Counted from the first letter of the stretch, positions 12,311-25,048 are shown. The stretch: 64,000 nucleotides of DNA from Octopus vulgaris (GCA_951406725.2 OX597840.1:31744001-31808000), one strand, 5' to 3'. A program made the numbers and translations. The notes: generated by a model from the sequence alone, not told the origin.

Positions 12311-12369
12311 ATTTCAGATCCCGGATTTCTGGTTTGTCATAAGAAATGCTCTGCCTTCATCAGTGGAAT
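12311..12369 (-). ncRNA. Type-I hammerhead motif
   Basis: Minus strand ATTCCA-CTGATGA-AGG...CCA-GAAA-TCCGGGA-TC-TGAAAT; near-palindromic stem III, stem I 5 of 6 paired. Confidence 0.65.
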
Positions 12370-12407
12370 ATACTCAGGTAGCACATATGTATGTATATAT
12401 ATATGTG

Positions 12408-12517
<110 letters not shown>

Positions 12518-13106
12518 CATGTATGTATATATATATATATATATACATATATATGTATATATATATATGTGTGTGTGTGTGTATGTGTCCATATACGTGT
12601 ATGTATATATATGAATATATGTGTGTGCGTGTGTGTATACACACATAGATATGTGTATGTATGCATGTGTATATATACCTTATACATGTGCAGGTGTGTC
12701 TGTATCAATGTTTGTCATAAAACTGAGCATGTGTTTGTATGAGTGTGTGTATGTATGTACCTATGTTTACGTATGCAGGTCCTGTATGAATAAATGAAAG
12801 ACGTGTGCTATAGGAGAGTGGTGGTGGTGGTGGTGGTGGTGGTGGTGGTGGTGGTGGTGGCGGTGGTGGCGGCGGTGTTTGCGGTGGTGGCGGTGGGGCG
12901 CGTTAAATTCATGCCCTAGCTCTGGAATTTCCTGGGATCTCAGAAAATATTTAGATATATTGAAGGCTAGCATTTACAGAAGGGGGAAAAAGAGGGGGCA
13001 TCAAGAAATTTGTACCCCTGATAAAATTCCATTTAGGGGCCCAGCGTGTGAGTATGTACATGTATATATGTACGCATACATGTTTATCAGCGCGCGTATG
13101 TGTGTT

Positions 13107-13384
<278 letters not shown>

Positions 13385-13556
13385 TGTTTTTGTTATATAA
13401 GTATGTCTGTAAGTGTATTTGTATGTTTACAAGCATTTGTTTCTATATATACATGTGGGCGACTATGTGTGTATATGTAGCTATCTACATTTGTGTGTAT
13501 ATGCATGTAGCTGTCGGTTAGTACGCTTCTATGTATGTGTATGTGTCTGTTTATGA

Positions 13557-13589
<33 letters not shown>

Positions 13590-13743
13590 AACGTGCGCAT
13601 GTGTGTGTGTGTGTACGAAGAATTGTGTATACGAATGTACGGATGAAAGTATATATGTATATGTATTGTATACATCTTTAGAGACACACACACAAATATA
13701 TACACTCATATATATATATACATATATATATATATACATATGC

Positions 13744-13776
<33 letters not shown>

Positions 13777-13780
13777 AATA

Positions 13781-13834
<54 letters not shown>

Positions 13835-14533
13835 TATATATACACACTTATATATATATGTAAGATATATATATATATATATATGTAAGATATATATATA
13901 TTTATATGTATATATAATATGTATATATATATATACGCACACATACATATGTATATATATATATATATATATACATATGATATATATATATATAAATGTT
14001 TGTGTATGTTTACACATACATGCCCATATACATTCATATATGTATATATGTGTGTATGTATGTATGTATGTATGTATTTATGTATATTTATGATCGTGTG
14101 TGCATGTATATCTATGTATGTGCATGCATGTATGTATAAGTATATGGATGTATGTGACTGTATGTATGTATATATGTATGTATGTATATATGTATGTATG
14201 TATGTGTGTATGTGTGTATGCATGTTTTTTGTGGGTACGTCTGTGTACCTCTTGGCTGTGTGATAGCTTGTTTTTGGGTGGTGGTTCTAAGTTCGGATAG
14301 AGTGTGTTCTATTTTTCTTGACCGATATCTCCTTAAAGAGAACGTCCCATATATAGACATAAACAACCATTGGTACACAGAAGACATACAGACAGACGGA
14401 TAGATGTACAAACATATATACGTACATATATACACACACAGAAACAGATATATATATATATATATGGATGCATAAATGTACACACACAAATGCATACATA
14501 TATACAAACAAACAGACATCTCTATATATATAC

Positions 14534-14586
<53 letters not shown>

Positions 14587-14607
14587 TGACATACACACAC
14601 ACACACG

Positions 14608-14641
<34 letters not shown>

Positions 14642-14700
14642 CACTCACGCAAACATACACATGCATATATACACATGCAAGTGCGTATACACACTCTCCC

Positions 14701-14778
<78 letters not shown>

Positions 14779-14949
14779 GTGTGTGTGTATATACATGTAT
14801 GTATATTTGCACATGAATATGTACATACGTAAACACACAGGCCTGCAAGTAGGACTGTAATGGGTGGGTGGGTTGGTGGGTGCGTTGGGGGGGTGGAAAG
14901 AGAAATAGGGTAAACGTGTTTGTGTTTTTGTGTGTAGAAGAACAAAAAT

Positions 14950-15163
14950 AAGAAGGCGGGAGGAGTTGGAGAAGGAGAGGGAGGAGTGGGAGGAGGACGA
15001 GGGGGGGAAGAGGACGACGACGAGGAGGAGGAGGAGGAGGAGGAGAAGAAGAAGAGAAGAAGAAGAAGAAGAAGAAGAAGGAGAAGAAGGAGGAGGAGGA
15101 GGAGGAGAAGAAGAAGAAGAAGAAGAAGAAGAAGAAGAAGAAGAAGAAGAAGAAGAAGAAGAA
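14950..15163. repeat. (GAG)n/(GAA)n purine tract
   Basis: Direct reading. Confidence 0.95.
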
Positions 15164-15364
15164 ATGCCGTTCCTTCATCTTACAAAGCTGATTTGAAGAC
15201 TAAAAGTATACGGAAGTAAACATACAAACACACACACTCACAAGAAGTTATACACAATTTATATACATACATACATACATACATACATACATACATACAT
15301 ACATGCATACATACATACAATATATACATATACGTATTTGTGAATATATATATATTTTTTTATT

Positions 15365-15660
15365 GAAATGGATAAATCAATTATCTTGATACGGATTATT
15401 CAAAATTTAACCGATACCTGGGTAGCAAAAATCACAACAGAAAAAACACGGTTGAGGTTACGACCATGGGGTGTCGCAACCGTGCCTTAGCGCGGATAAT
15501 TGAAGTTTTATATATTTAGTGAAGGGAAGAAATGGAGCTGAACGAAGATTCTACAAAATTCCTTTTTATTATTTTGTACACATGTTTCAAAGGCTGCAAA
15601 TTTCCAAATTTGGATTGAATAAGGAGACTATTTTGCAGCTTTCTCTTCAGGAAAATCAAG
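15365..15660 (-). mobile_element. Pseudo-LTR-like repeat with long-stem-II hammerhead (15571-15656)
   Basis: Homologous to 18225-18511; minus strand CTGAAGA-GAAAGCTGCAAA...TTTGCAGCCTTT-GAAA-CATGTG-TA. Confidence 0.65.
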
Positions 15661-15734
15661 GAATTTAAATCTCCAAACAAATGCGCAGCAAGCTATCCGA
15701 ACAAATGCTACCAGCATCCAAAACTGAATATTAA

Positions 15735-16540
15735 ACTTACAGGATACACCGGTCCACGGGGAATTTCAATCCCAGAGCCTAAGTCTGTGAGGGACCTGGG
15801 TATCGACATGAGTGATGATACCTCTTTCCAAGTGCACATTACCAGGATTGCGACAAAGTGCAGACGACTGGCTAAGAACATTCAGAACCAGAGATAAGGA
15901 AACCATGATGGTCCTCTGGCGTACATTCGTCCTCAGTCGCCTGGATTACTGCTCACAGCTATGGTTACCCACCAGTGTAAAATTAACAGCAGACCTTGAA
16001 GCAATCCAGAGAAGATTCACAAAGAAGATCGTCTCTTTGCAACAGCTCAGCTACTGGGAAAGGTTGAAACAGCTGAGACTCTACTCACTGGAGAGAAGAC
16101 GGGAGAGGTATGCAGTAATATATATCTGGAAGATCCTGGAAGGAATTGTGCCAAATTTTGGCATTGTAAGCTACACCAATGCTAGAACGGGACGACACTG
16201 CATAGTGCCAAAGATCCCAGCAATGCCATCACGCTTCAGGACCAGCTTCTGCAACAGCCTGGGTTTCAAGGGCCCACAGCTTTTTAATATTCTCCCAAAG
16301 AGTCTGAGGAACTTGCACAAAGTAGATGTAGCGGTTTTTAAATCAAAGCTGGACATCTTCCTGTCAAGAGTCCCAGATGAACCTACATCACGGCAAGAGG
16401 TGCAAATGAGAGTAGCTATATCAAACTCCATTCTTCACCAAGTGCCACATATTAGACGAGGTTCGTCGCAATAACAGTGTAGCACAAAACGGCGGTGCAT
16501 CAGCATGGCCGCAGCTCTGAGCTGAAACTAGAAAAAAAAT
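15735..16540 (+). mobile_element. 5'-truncated CR1-like LINE (ORF2 C-terminus and 3' tail)
   Basis: ORF 15812..16474: SRLDYCSQLW...LEAIQRRFTK...LSYWERLKQLRLYSLERRRER...FKSKLDIFL; tail GGCGGTGCATCAGCATGGCCGCAGCTCTGAGCTGAAACTAGAAAA. Confidence 0.88.
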
Positions 16541-16541
16541 A

Positions 16542-16577
<36 letters not shown>

Positions 16578-16825
16578 TGTATGTATGTATGTATGTATGT
16601 ATGTATGTATGTATGTATATGTATGTGTATATATATTGTTAGACTATTTAGTGCATGATTTCTAGAATATAGGAATGAAATTGCGAATGATAAAATAAAA
16701 CGAAGACGAACGAAAACGCGCAAAGCACACTTTAATTTTCTATTTCATTTTTTTCAGGACCAAAACCCCTTGTCAAGGGAAAATAATGGATGACGACCCG
16801 TTGGTATCTCTTGCATTGATATATA

Positions 16826-17306
16826 TCTTTATATATAAAAGTCAAGTTGTGTGTCTGTCTCCTAACTACTCCCACATTTTGCGGTGCAGTTTAACCAAAA
16901 CCGGGTATCTTATAGTCGTCATTCATATCGAGCCCTTCTGGGTATTAGCGCGCGTCTACGATGGGTCTACAATTTAAAAAAAAATGACCATCATTTTTTT
17001 CCATTTTAATGCATTTTTTCGTTATCATATAAGGGAAGTAACTCTCTAAAAATGTCTACGATGAGTCAACGATTTTTAATAAAATTTACCATCATTTTCT
17101 TCCATTTTAATGCATTTTTTCGCTATTATATAAGGGAAGTAACTCTCTAAAAATGTCTACGATGAGTCAACGATTTTTAATAAAATTTACCATCATTTTT
17201 TTCCATTTTTAATGCATTTTTTGCTATTTTTTGGCTATAACTCTCTAAAAATGCTTATATAGTTATTTCCCTTACAAACCCGAGCAACGCCGGGCGATAC
17301 TGCTAG
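16826..17306 (+). mobile_element. Non-autonomous Helitron
   Basis: 5' TC(TTTATATATAAA), 3' hairpin CCCGAGCAACGCCGGG then CTAG, inserted at A|T; internal ~100-bp tandem repeats. Confidence 0.8.
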
Positions 17307-17654
17307 TATATATATATATAGGACTCCACTGGAAATTTGCGATATGTGCAATCTAGTTTTGTTCTTATCGGTCTTGTCTTCGTCTTTTCTGTCCGCCTTC
17401 GTCTATCATGTCCGTTCATTTATATCCATTTCTACGTCAGTGACACCGCCAAATTGAACAATATTATCGGATGGTGTCGAAACTGTCATGATATTTGATC
17501 GGCAACTGATGGCGAATTGAATATGTCTACGTCTTACGTGCTCGTGTGTGCGTTTGTGTGCGTGTGTGCGTTTGTGTGCGTGTGTGCGTGTGTGCGTGTG
17601 TGCGTTTGTGTGTGTGTGTGCGTGTGTGCGTGTGCCTGTGTGTGTGTGTACTCA

Positions 17655-17890
17655 TTTTACTCTATTTTACACTGTTATTTGTTTCAGTCATATGACTGTG
17701 GCCATGCTGGAGCACCGCCTTTAGTAGAGCAAATCGATCCCACGACTTATTCTTCGGATGCCTAGTACTTATTCTATCAGTCCTTTTGCCGGACCGCTAG
17801 GTTACGGCGACGTAAACACACTAGCATCGGTTGTCAAGCGATGTTCGGGGGGGGGGAGACAAACAAAGAAACACAAACATATACACACAC
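17655..17890 (-). mobile_element. SINE B 3' half
   Basis: Reverse complement of B tail and 3' body. Confidence 0.8.
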
Positions 17891-17894
17891 ATAA

Positions 17895-18013
<119 letters not shown>

Positions 18014-18159
18014 TGGTGGATTCTCTCATCGCAGACGATGAATGAGGGTTCAGTAAATAACCTTCAACAATTCCTAAGCCTTGTGACACCGAATGTGTAC
18101 CTTCAATCCAGCAGATGTCTTGCACACTTTCTCGCAAATGGTACACCTGCATGTATTCG

Positions 18160-18224
<65 letters not shown>

Positions 18225-18510
18225 AGTAAATGAATGAATTATCTTATTAAGGATAATTCGAAAGATAACCGATACCTGGGTAGCAAATTCACATCAGAAA
18301 GAACACGGTTGAAGCTACGTCCCTAGGGCATAGACTACGTGTCTTCGTGCGGAAAATTGTATGTTTATTTTAAAATTATAAGTATATGAAAGAATGGAGT
18401 TGAACGACTAGTTAACAAATATCCTTTATTCTCGACATATGTTTCGAAGGCTGCATATTCCTAATTCCGAAGGAATAAGGAGTACATTATGCAGATTTCT
18501 CATCAGGAAA

Positions 18511-18511
<1 letters not shown>
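18225..18511 (-). mobile_element. Pseudo-LTR-like repeat with intact type-I hammerhead (18429-18511)
   Basis: Minus strand TTTTC-CTGATGA-GAAATCTGCATA...TATGCAGCCTTC-GAAA-CATATG-TC-GAGAA; palindromic stem III ACATATGT; flanked by (TA)n. Confidence 0.8.
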
Positions 18512-18558
<47 letters not shown>

Positions 18559-18905
18559 GGTGATGCAAAATACTTTACCATTTCCAAAACTTCAAGACGC
18601 CCTCTAATTTTATTTAATTTAGTGCAAAACCTCAACATGCAAACTCTCAGCACAGTTGAAGACATTTTAGGGGTTGCTACCATCCACTGAACATTTTATA
18701 TATTGTTATATTTCAGTTTGTATTTATCGTATATTTTTCTGTCCCCTTGCCATGATGCCTTGGCCCCGACATACAACTGTGTAAGAGATTCAAATTAAAG
18801 TGGGTAGAAATTGACAGGAACAATTACCTTACACTTTTCTTGGAAAGGATGATGATGAATGGAATCAGGATGAAAGTTATGCAAATACAAGAAATATAGC
18901 ATATA

Positions 18906-19563
18906 TATTTCTTTATTGCCCACAAGGGGCTAAACACAGAGAGGACAAACAAGGACAGATAAAGGGATTAAGTCGATCACATCGACCCCAGTGCGTAACT
19001 GGTACTTATTTAATCGACTCCGAAAGGATAAAAGGCAAAGTCGACCTCGGTGGTATTTGAACTCAGAACGTAAAGACAGACGGAATACCTATTTCTTTAC
19101 TACCCACAAGGGGCTAAACACAGAGAGGACAAACAAGGACGGACAAAGGGATTAAGTCGATTACATCGACCCCAGTGCGTAACTGGTACTTATTTAATCG
19201 ACTCCGAAAGGATAAAAGGCAAAGTCGACCTCGGCGGAATTCGAACTCAGAACGTAACGGCAGATGAAATACGGCTACGCATTTCGCCCGGCGCGCTAAC
19301 GTTTCTGCCAGCTCGCCGCCTTTAAATACCTATTTCTTTACTACCCACAAGGCGCTAAACATAGAGAGGACAAACAAGGACAGGCAAAGGGATTAAGTCG
19401 ATTAGATCGACTCCAGTGCGTAACTGGTATTTAATTTATCGACCCCGAAAGGATAAAAGGCAAAGTCGACCTCGGCGGAATTCGAACTCATAACGTAACG
19501 GCAGACAAAATACAGCAACGCATTTCGCCCGGCGTGCTAACGTTTCTGCCAGCTCACCGCCTT
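18906..19563 (-). mobile_element. SINE family C (Meta-domain-like), dimer plus monomer
   Basis: Head GGCGGCGAGCTGGCAGAAACGTTAGC, B-box-like GAGTTCAAATTC, GTCGACTTTGCCTTTCATCCTTTCGGGGTCGAT..AAGTACCAG; imperfect TSD AAGAAA(TA/CT)TAGCATA. Confidence 0.85.
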
Positions 19564-19759
19564 GCAAGAAACTTAGCATACTGACTCAAAGTGGTAAAGG
19601 ACATTGCAGGAAAGAGGTGTAACGACTGAAGGGGGTATACGACAAACTGACAACCAATGATGAAGAGCAGAAACGAAGCAGTCTTTAAACTGCTAAAAAT
19701 GACAGGTCGTCGCCCTCAAACAAAACAAGAAAACATTACGCTTGCTTCACGATTTCATA

Positions 19760-20012
19760 GGAGCACTCTGTCGGTTACGACGACGAGGGTCCCAGCTGAT
19801 ACGATCAACGGAACAGCTTGCTCGTGGAATTAACGTGCAAATGACTGAGCAATCCACAGACACCAGTACCCTTAACGTAGTTCTCAGGGAGATTCAGCGT
19901 GACACAGAGTGTGACAAGGCCGGCCCTTCGAAATACAGGTACAACTCATTTTTGCCTGCTGAGTGGACTGGAGCAACGTGAAATAGCGTGTCTTGCTCAA
20001 GGACACAACGCA
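19760..20012 (-). mobile_element. SINE with CORE-like segment fused to the SINE A 3' half
   Basis: Minus strand GTTGTGTCCTTGAGCAAGACAC..TTTCACGTTGCTCCAGTCCACTCAGC followed by TGTACCTGTATTTC...GTAACCGACAGAGTGC. Confidence 0.75.
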
Positions 20013-20013
20013 T

Positions 20014-20178
20014 GCGTTCTGAGTTCAAATTCCGCCGAGGTCGACTTTGCTTTTCATTCTTTCGGGGTCGATTAAATAAGTACCAGTTACGCACTGGGGT
20101 CGATCTACTCGACTTAATTTGTTTGTCCTTGTTTGTCCCCTCTGTGTTTAGCCCCTTGTGGGTAGTAAAGAAACAGAT
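20014..20178 (+). mobile_element. SINE C 3' unit
   Basis: Matches the C body. Confidence 0.8.
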
Positions 20179-20242
20179 ATGCTGACTGGGAAACTTCCAC
20201 ACAAAAGAACTTAATGCGCTATACGCTGTACCTCACTACGTG

Positions 20243-20627
20243 TGGAGGCGCAATGGCCCAGTGGTTAGGGCAGCGGACTCGCGGTCATACGATCGCGGTT
20301 TCGATTCCTCGACCGGGCGTTGTGAGTGTTTATTGAGCGAAAACACCTAAAGCTCCACGAGGCTCCGGCAGGGGATGGTGGTGATCCCTGCTGTACTCTT
20401 TCACCACAACTTTCTCTCACTCTTACTTCCTGTTTCTGTTGTACCTGTATTTCAAAGGGCCGGCCTTGTCACTCTCTGTGTCACGCTGAATCTCCCCGAG
20501 AGCTACGTTAAGGGTACACGTGTCTGTGGAGTGCTCAGCCACTTACACGTTAATTTCAGGAGCAGGCTGTTCCGTTGATTCGGATCAACTGGAACTCTCA
20601 TCGTCGTAACCGACGGAGTGCTTCCAC
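20243..20627 (+). mobile_element. SINE A monomer
   Basis: TSD ACCTCACTACGT. Confidence 0.9.
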
Positions 20628-20854
20628 CACCTCACTACGTACTACAGCCTAGAACAGTGGTCACCAAACTTTTTTTCATAGTGGGCCAGATACAGCGAAA
20701 AGAATTCCAAGAGCGGACCGGATAAATATTTTGTTCAATTCAGTACAATATAGAATATACTGAATTTACACAAAATATAAAGACAGTCATCCTATTTATT
20801 TATCAATACATAAAATACACAAAATAATAAAAACAATAATCATATTTTAATAAT

Positions 20855-21089
20855 ACCTATTTCTTTACTGCCCACAAGGGGCTAAACACAGAGAGGACAA
20901 ACAAGGACAGACAAAGGGATTAAGTCGATTATATCGACCCCAGTGCCTAACTGGTACTTAATTCATCGACCCCAAAAGGATGAAAGGCAAAGTCAACCTC
21001 TGCGGAATTTGAACTCAGAACGTAATGGCAGACGAAATACAGCTACGCATTTCGCCAGGCGTGCTAATGTTTCTGCCAGCTCGCCTTTA
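20855..21089 (-). mobile_element. SINE C monomer
   Basis: Full C head and body. Confidence 0.85.
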
Positions 21090-21256
21090 ATAATACCAAC
21101 ATATTACCAAGTTAGAAGTTTTAGAAAAAGTGCACTTCTATGAAAATATCTTCCCCAGTTATTGTTCCATGTATACTGCAAACGGATGCCATCTCTTCTA
21201 TAATCTCAAAGTTGCAAATAAAACCACGAATGAACAGAAGTTGTGATGTTCTAGAG

Positions 21257-21882
21257 CAGTGCTTTTCAAACTTTTTGCTGGAGCGGAACCCCAAGGAAAC
21301 ATTCCACTGGCTCGAGGAACCCCTGTGCAATAATTTAATAGTCTTATACACACATAGGCGCAGGAGTGGCTTTGTGGTAAGTAGCTTGCTTACCAACCAC
21401 ACGGTTGCGGGTTCAGTCCCACTGCGTGGCATCTTGGGCAAGTGTCTTCTGCTATAGCCCCGGGCCGACCAATGCCTTGTGAGTGGATTTAGTAGACGGA
21501 AACTGAAAGAAGCCTGTCGTATATATATGTATGTGTGTGTGTGTTTGTGTGTCTGTGTTTGTCCCCCTAGCATTGCTTGACAATCGATACTGGTGTGTTT
21601 ATGCCCCCGTCTCTTAGCGGTTCGGCAAAAGAGACCGATAGAATAAATACTGGGCTTACAAAGAATAAGTCCCGGGGTCGAGTTGCTCGATTAAAGGCGG
21701 TGCTCCAGCATGGCCGCAGTCAAATGACTGAAACAAGTAAAAGAGTAAAAGAGAAAGAGTATATCTGCACAGGAGACTTTAAAATTACTGCCGATTTTAG
21801 CAGTTTTGTAACTTCTTGCGGAACCCCTGCACTGTACTGGCGGAACCCTAAGGTTCCGCGGAACCCTGGTTGAAAACCACTG
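21257..21882. mobile_element. hAT-type MITE nested in the transposase gene
   Basis: TIRs CAGTGCTTTTCAA / TTGAAAACCACTG; 8-bp TSD TTCTAGAG / TTCCAGAG; repeated GCGGAACCC subterminal motifs. Confidence 0.8.
21356..21760 (+). mobile_element. SINE B inside the MITE
   Basis: Full B sequence. Confidence 0.9.
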
Positions 21883-22609
21883 TTCCAGAGAGACCAGCAG
21901 ACTCATCCATCGCAAGAGAATACCACAAAAATTTCTTAGCTTTCTTATGTATCTGTAACTGTATATTCTCTCCAAGTTCTTCTAATCTCCGCACAACTGA
22001 ACTTGCTGAAAGGCTGATACAGCCAAACAGGTTAGCTTTTTCAGGACACAAGTCATTTGCAGCTTCCAGCATGCACTCTTTTAGAAGGTTTCCGTCAGTA
22101 AATGGTTTTCCTCGTTCTGCCAACTTATTCACTATTTTGTAACTTACACGAGTGATAGATTCATTTTCAACAAACGTTTTCGTTAAGAAATTCCTTTGAG
22201 ATTCCAAACTACGTTTCATAGATTCAAATTTCTCGGACCGCAACTTTCCAGAATATTTAGAATGTGTTGAGAGATGTTTTGCTTCGTAGTGACGACAAAT
22301 ATTGTATTCTTTCGTAACAGCAACACCTTCGTTGCATATCAGGCAACAAGCTTTCTGGTCGTTTGTTTCCACAAAGAAGTACTTTATTGAAAATGTGACA
22401 TTCATCATCAATCTTTCTCTTTTTAGTAGCCATAACGATGGGTGAAGAAGAAACAAAAGCAGTCACAGGCCTCGGCGTCAGATATTCTCGTTTTAATTGT
22501 AATCACCCATAACTGACTCGCCCGAGGCGCACGTGATGTACTGTAGCAATTATTATGGCGCGTGAAATACATACTACGTAACGTGACTGACTCAGTATAC
22601 ATACGATAT

Positions 22610-22880
22610 TCTTTACTCTTTTACTCTTTTACTTGTTTCAGTCATTTGACTGCAGCCATGCTGGAGCACCGCCTTTAATCGAGCAACTCGACCCCGGGAC
22701 TTATTCTTTTGTAAGCCCAGTACTTATTCTATCGGTCTCTTTTGCCGAACCGCTAAGTAACGGGAAAGGATGAAAGGCAAAGTTGACCTCGGGCGGAATT
22801 TGAACTCAGAACGTAATGGCAGACGAAATACGGCTACGCATTTCGCCCGGCGTGCTAACGTTTCTGCCAGCTCGCCGCCC
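22610..22880 (-). mobile_element. Chimeric SINE: C head plus B 3' half
   Basis: Minus strand C head to ...CATCCTTTC joined directly to CCGTTACTTAGCGGTTCGGC...B tail. Confidence 0.8.
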
Positions 22881-23297
22881 TACGATATGCGTAATCTAAG
22901 AAGAAGCAATATAAAACATGTTTATTTTTTTTCAGCATACGACGGCGGGCCGGACAAATTGATGTCACGGACCAGATCCGGCCTGCGGGCTGTAGTTTGG
23001 TGACCCATGGCCTAGAATATCATCGTTTCTGTTTGTTTGTTTTTCAAACTAGGTTAACTAGGTACATATCAAACCGGTTCCGGCAAAAATATCAGCAAAA
23101 CAATATTTTTCAGCACAAACTGAAATACATTTATTTTAAAAATTTGGTAGCAGCCTCTAATTTTCTCTTTTTCAGTTCCAAATTTCGCATACAATGCTTT
23201 CCTTGGAATATGAATAAAATAAGAGGGTGTCTCCCTGAAAATAGACAAAAACAAAATTGACCCCTCTTTTTGCATCAACCTAATACATATATATACA

Positions 23298-23666
23298 CTA
23301 GCAGTATCGCCCGGCGTTGCTCGGGTTTGTAAGGGAAATAACTATAAGGCATTTTTAGAGAGTTATAGCCAAAATATAGCAAAAAAATGGGGGGAAAATG
23401 ATGGTAAATTTTTTTTGATAGTTAAAAAGGTCGAGTTGCGTCCCCTAGACAGTCTGTGGTTTGTGTTTCTGATTCTTGACCCCATGTCGAATTTATCGAT
23501 TTTTTCAGAACTGAAGGAACTTTTCAAAATTTTCGCTGCGTTAGTTTTGAATTATGACATTGGGCTATGTGTGTGTTAAGTTTCATCAGAATCGGTTGAA
23601 AGCCGTGGTCAGGGTGAGGGTACAACCTAACAGACACACAGAAACACACACAGACAAACTGCCGTT

Positions 23667-23672
<6 letters not shown>
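23298..23672 (-). mobile_element. Non-autonomous Helitron sharing its 3' end with 16826-17306
   Basis: CTAGCAGTATCGCCCGGCGTTGCTCGGGTTTGTAAGGGAAATAAC is the reverse complement of the 17.26-17.31 kb end. Confidence 0.75.
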
Positions 23673-23738
<66 letters not shown>

Positions 23739-23820
23739 GGTAATAATTAGAATGCAGTATAGTCATGAATACAGCAGAAAGGTTGGGTATTGATACCGTT
23801 TTAAGACAGGAACTGGCCGA

Positions 23821-24243
23821 AAAGGCAGCGAGCTGGCCGAAACGTTAGCACGCCGGGCGAAATGCTTAGCGGTATTTCCTCCGCCGCTGCGTTCTGAGTT
23901 CAAATTCCACCGAGGTCGACTTTGCCTTTCATCCTTTCGGGGTCGATTAAATAAGTACCAGTTACGCACTGCAGGTCGATATAATCGACTTAATCCCTTT
24001 CTCTGTCCTTGTTTGTCCTCTCTGTGTTTAGCCCCCTGTGGGCAGTAAAGAAATAGATATTTCGTCTGCCGTTACGTTCTGAGTTCAAATTCCGCCGAGG
24101 TCGACTTTGCCTTTCATCCTTTCGGGGTCGATTAAATAAGTACCAGTTACGCACTGGGGTCGATGTAATCGACTTAATCCCTTTGCCTGTTCTTGTTTGT
24201 CCCCTCTGTATTTAGCCCCTTGTGGGCAATAAAGAAATAAGAA
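23821..24243 (+). mobile_element. SINE C dimer
   Basis: Head plus two ~184-bp bodies. Confidence 0.88.
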
Positions 24244-24617
24244 ATACCACAAATTATTAAGCGATCACGATTGGCATAAACACACTCCCTCTCATATGCA
24301 TAGAGAAATCTGTTCACACCGACAAAAAGAAAGAGAGAGAGAGGGGGAGAGGGCAGAGGGAGAGAAAGGGAAGAAAGAGAAAGGGAGACAGAGAAGTAAA
24401 CAGAGAGAGAGCGCAAGAGAGAAAGGTGTTAGAGACTTATATAAACATTCTCTCTCTCTCCACATACGCAGGAAGAGAAACATGTTTACACAAACAGAAT
24501 GAGAGGGAGAGAGAAAGAAAGAGAGAGAACGGGAAGGGAGAGAGAGAGGGGGGAACAAAACGGAGAGAGAGAGAGAGAGAATTATTGAGAAAAAAAAAGA
24601 TATTACAATTTTCTAAT

Positions 24618-25048
24618 TACTCTTTTATTTGTTTCAGTCATTTGACTGCGGCCATGCTGGAGCGCCGCCTTTAGTCGAGCAAATCGACCCCGGGACTTAT
24701 TTTTTTGTAAGCCTTGTACTTATTCTATCGGTCTCTTCTTGCCGAACCGCTAAGTTATGGGGACGTAAACACACCAGCATCGGTTGTCAAGCGATGTTGG
24801 GAAACAAATACAGACACACACACACACTGCGGCCATGCTGGAGCGCCGCCTTTAGTCGAGAAAATCGACCCCGGGACTTATTTTTTGTAAGCCTTGTACT
24901 TATTCTATCGGTCTCTTCTTGCCGAACCGCTAAGTTACGGGGACGTAAACATGCCAGCATCGGTTGTCAAGCGATGTTGGGGAACAAATACAGACACACA
25001 CACACACACACATATACATAGGACGGGCTTCTTTCAGTTTCTACCTAC
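24618..25048 (-). mobile_element. SINE B 3' part with ~180-bp internal tandem duplication
   Basis: CTGCGGCCATGCTGGAGCGCCG...CACAC occurs twice. Confidence 0.85.

Larger units (their letters stand above)
20655..23009 (-). mobile_element. hAT DNA transposon (SPIN/Charlie, GTF2IRD2-like transposase), internally deleted
   Basis: TIRs CAGTGGTCACCAAACT / AGTTTGGTGACCCATG; 8-bp TSD GCCTAGAA (20647-20654, 23010-23017); ORF 21848..22456(-) CLICNEGVAVTKEYNICRHYEAKH...KPFTDG...SLAMDES, continuing QLLFIRG...GTITGEDIF. Confidence 0.9.
18556..23283 (+). mobile_element. Unclassified TIR DNA transposon remnant, outermost layer of a nested cluster
   Basis: TTAGGGTGATGCAAAA at 18555 vs TTTTGCATCAACCTAA at 23268-23283 (1 mismatch), TA flanks; decayed coding remnant FLGKDDDEWNQDESY...LKVVKDIA..RGV...LTTNDEEQK at about 18836-18900 and 19585-19675. 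Confidence 0.6.
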
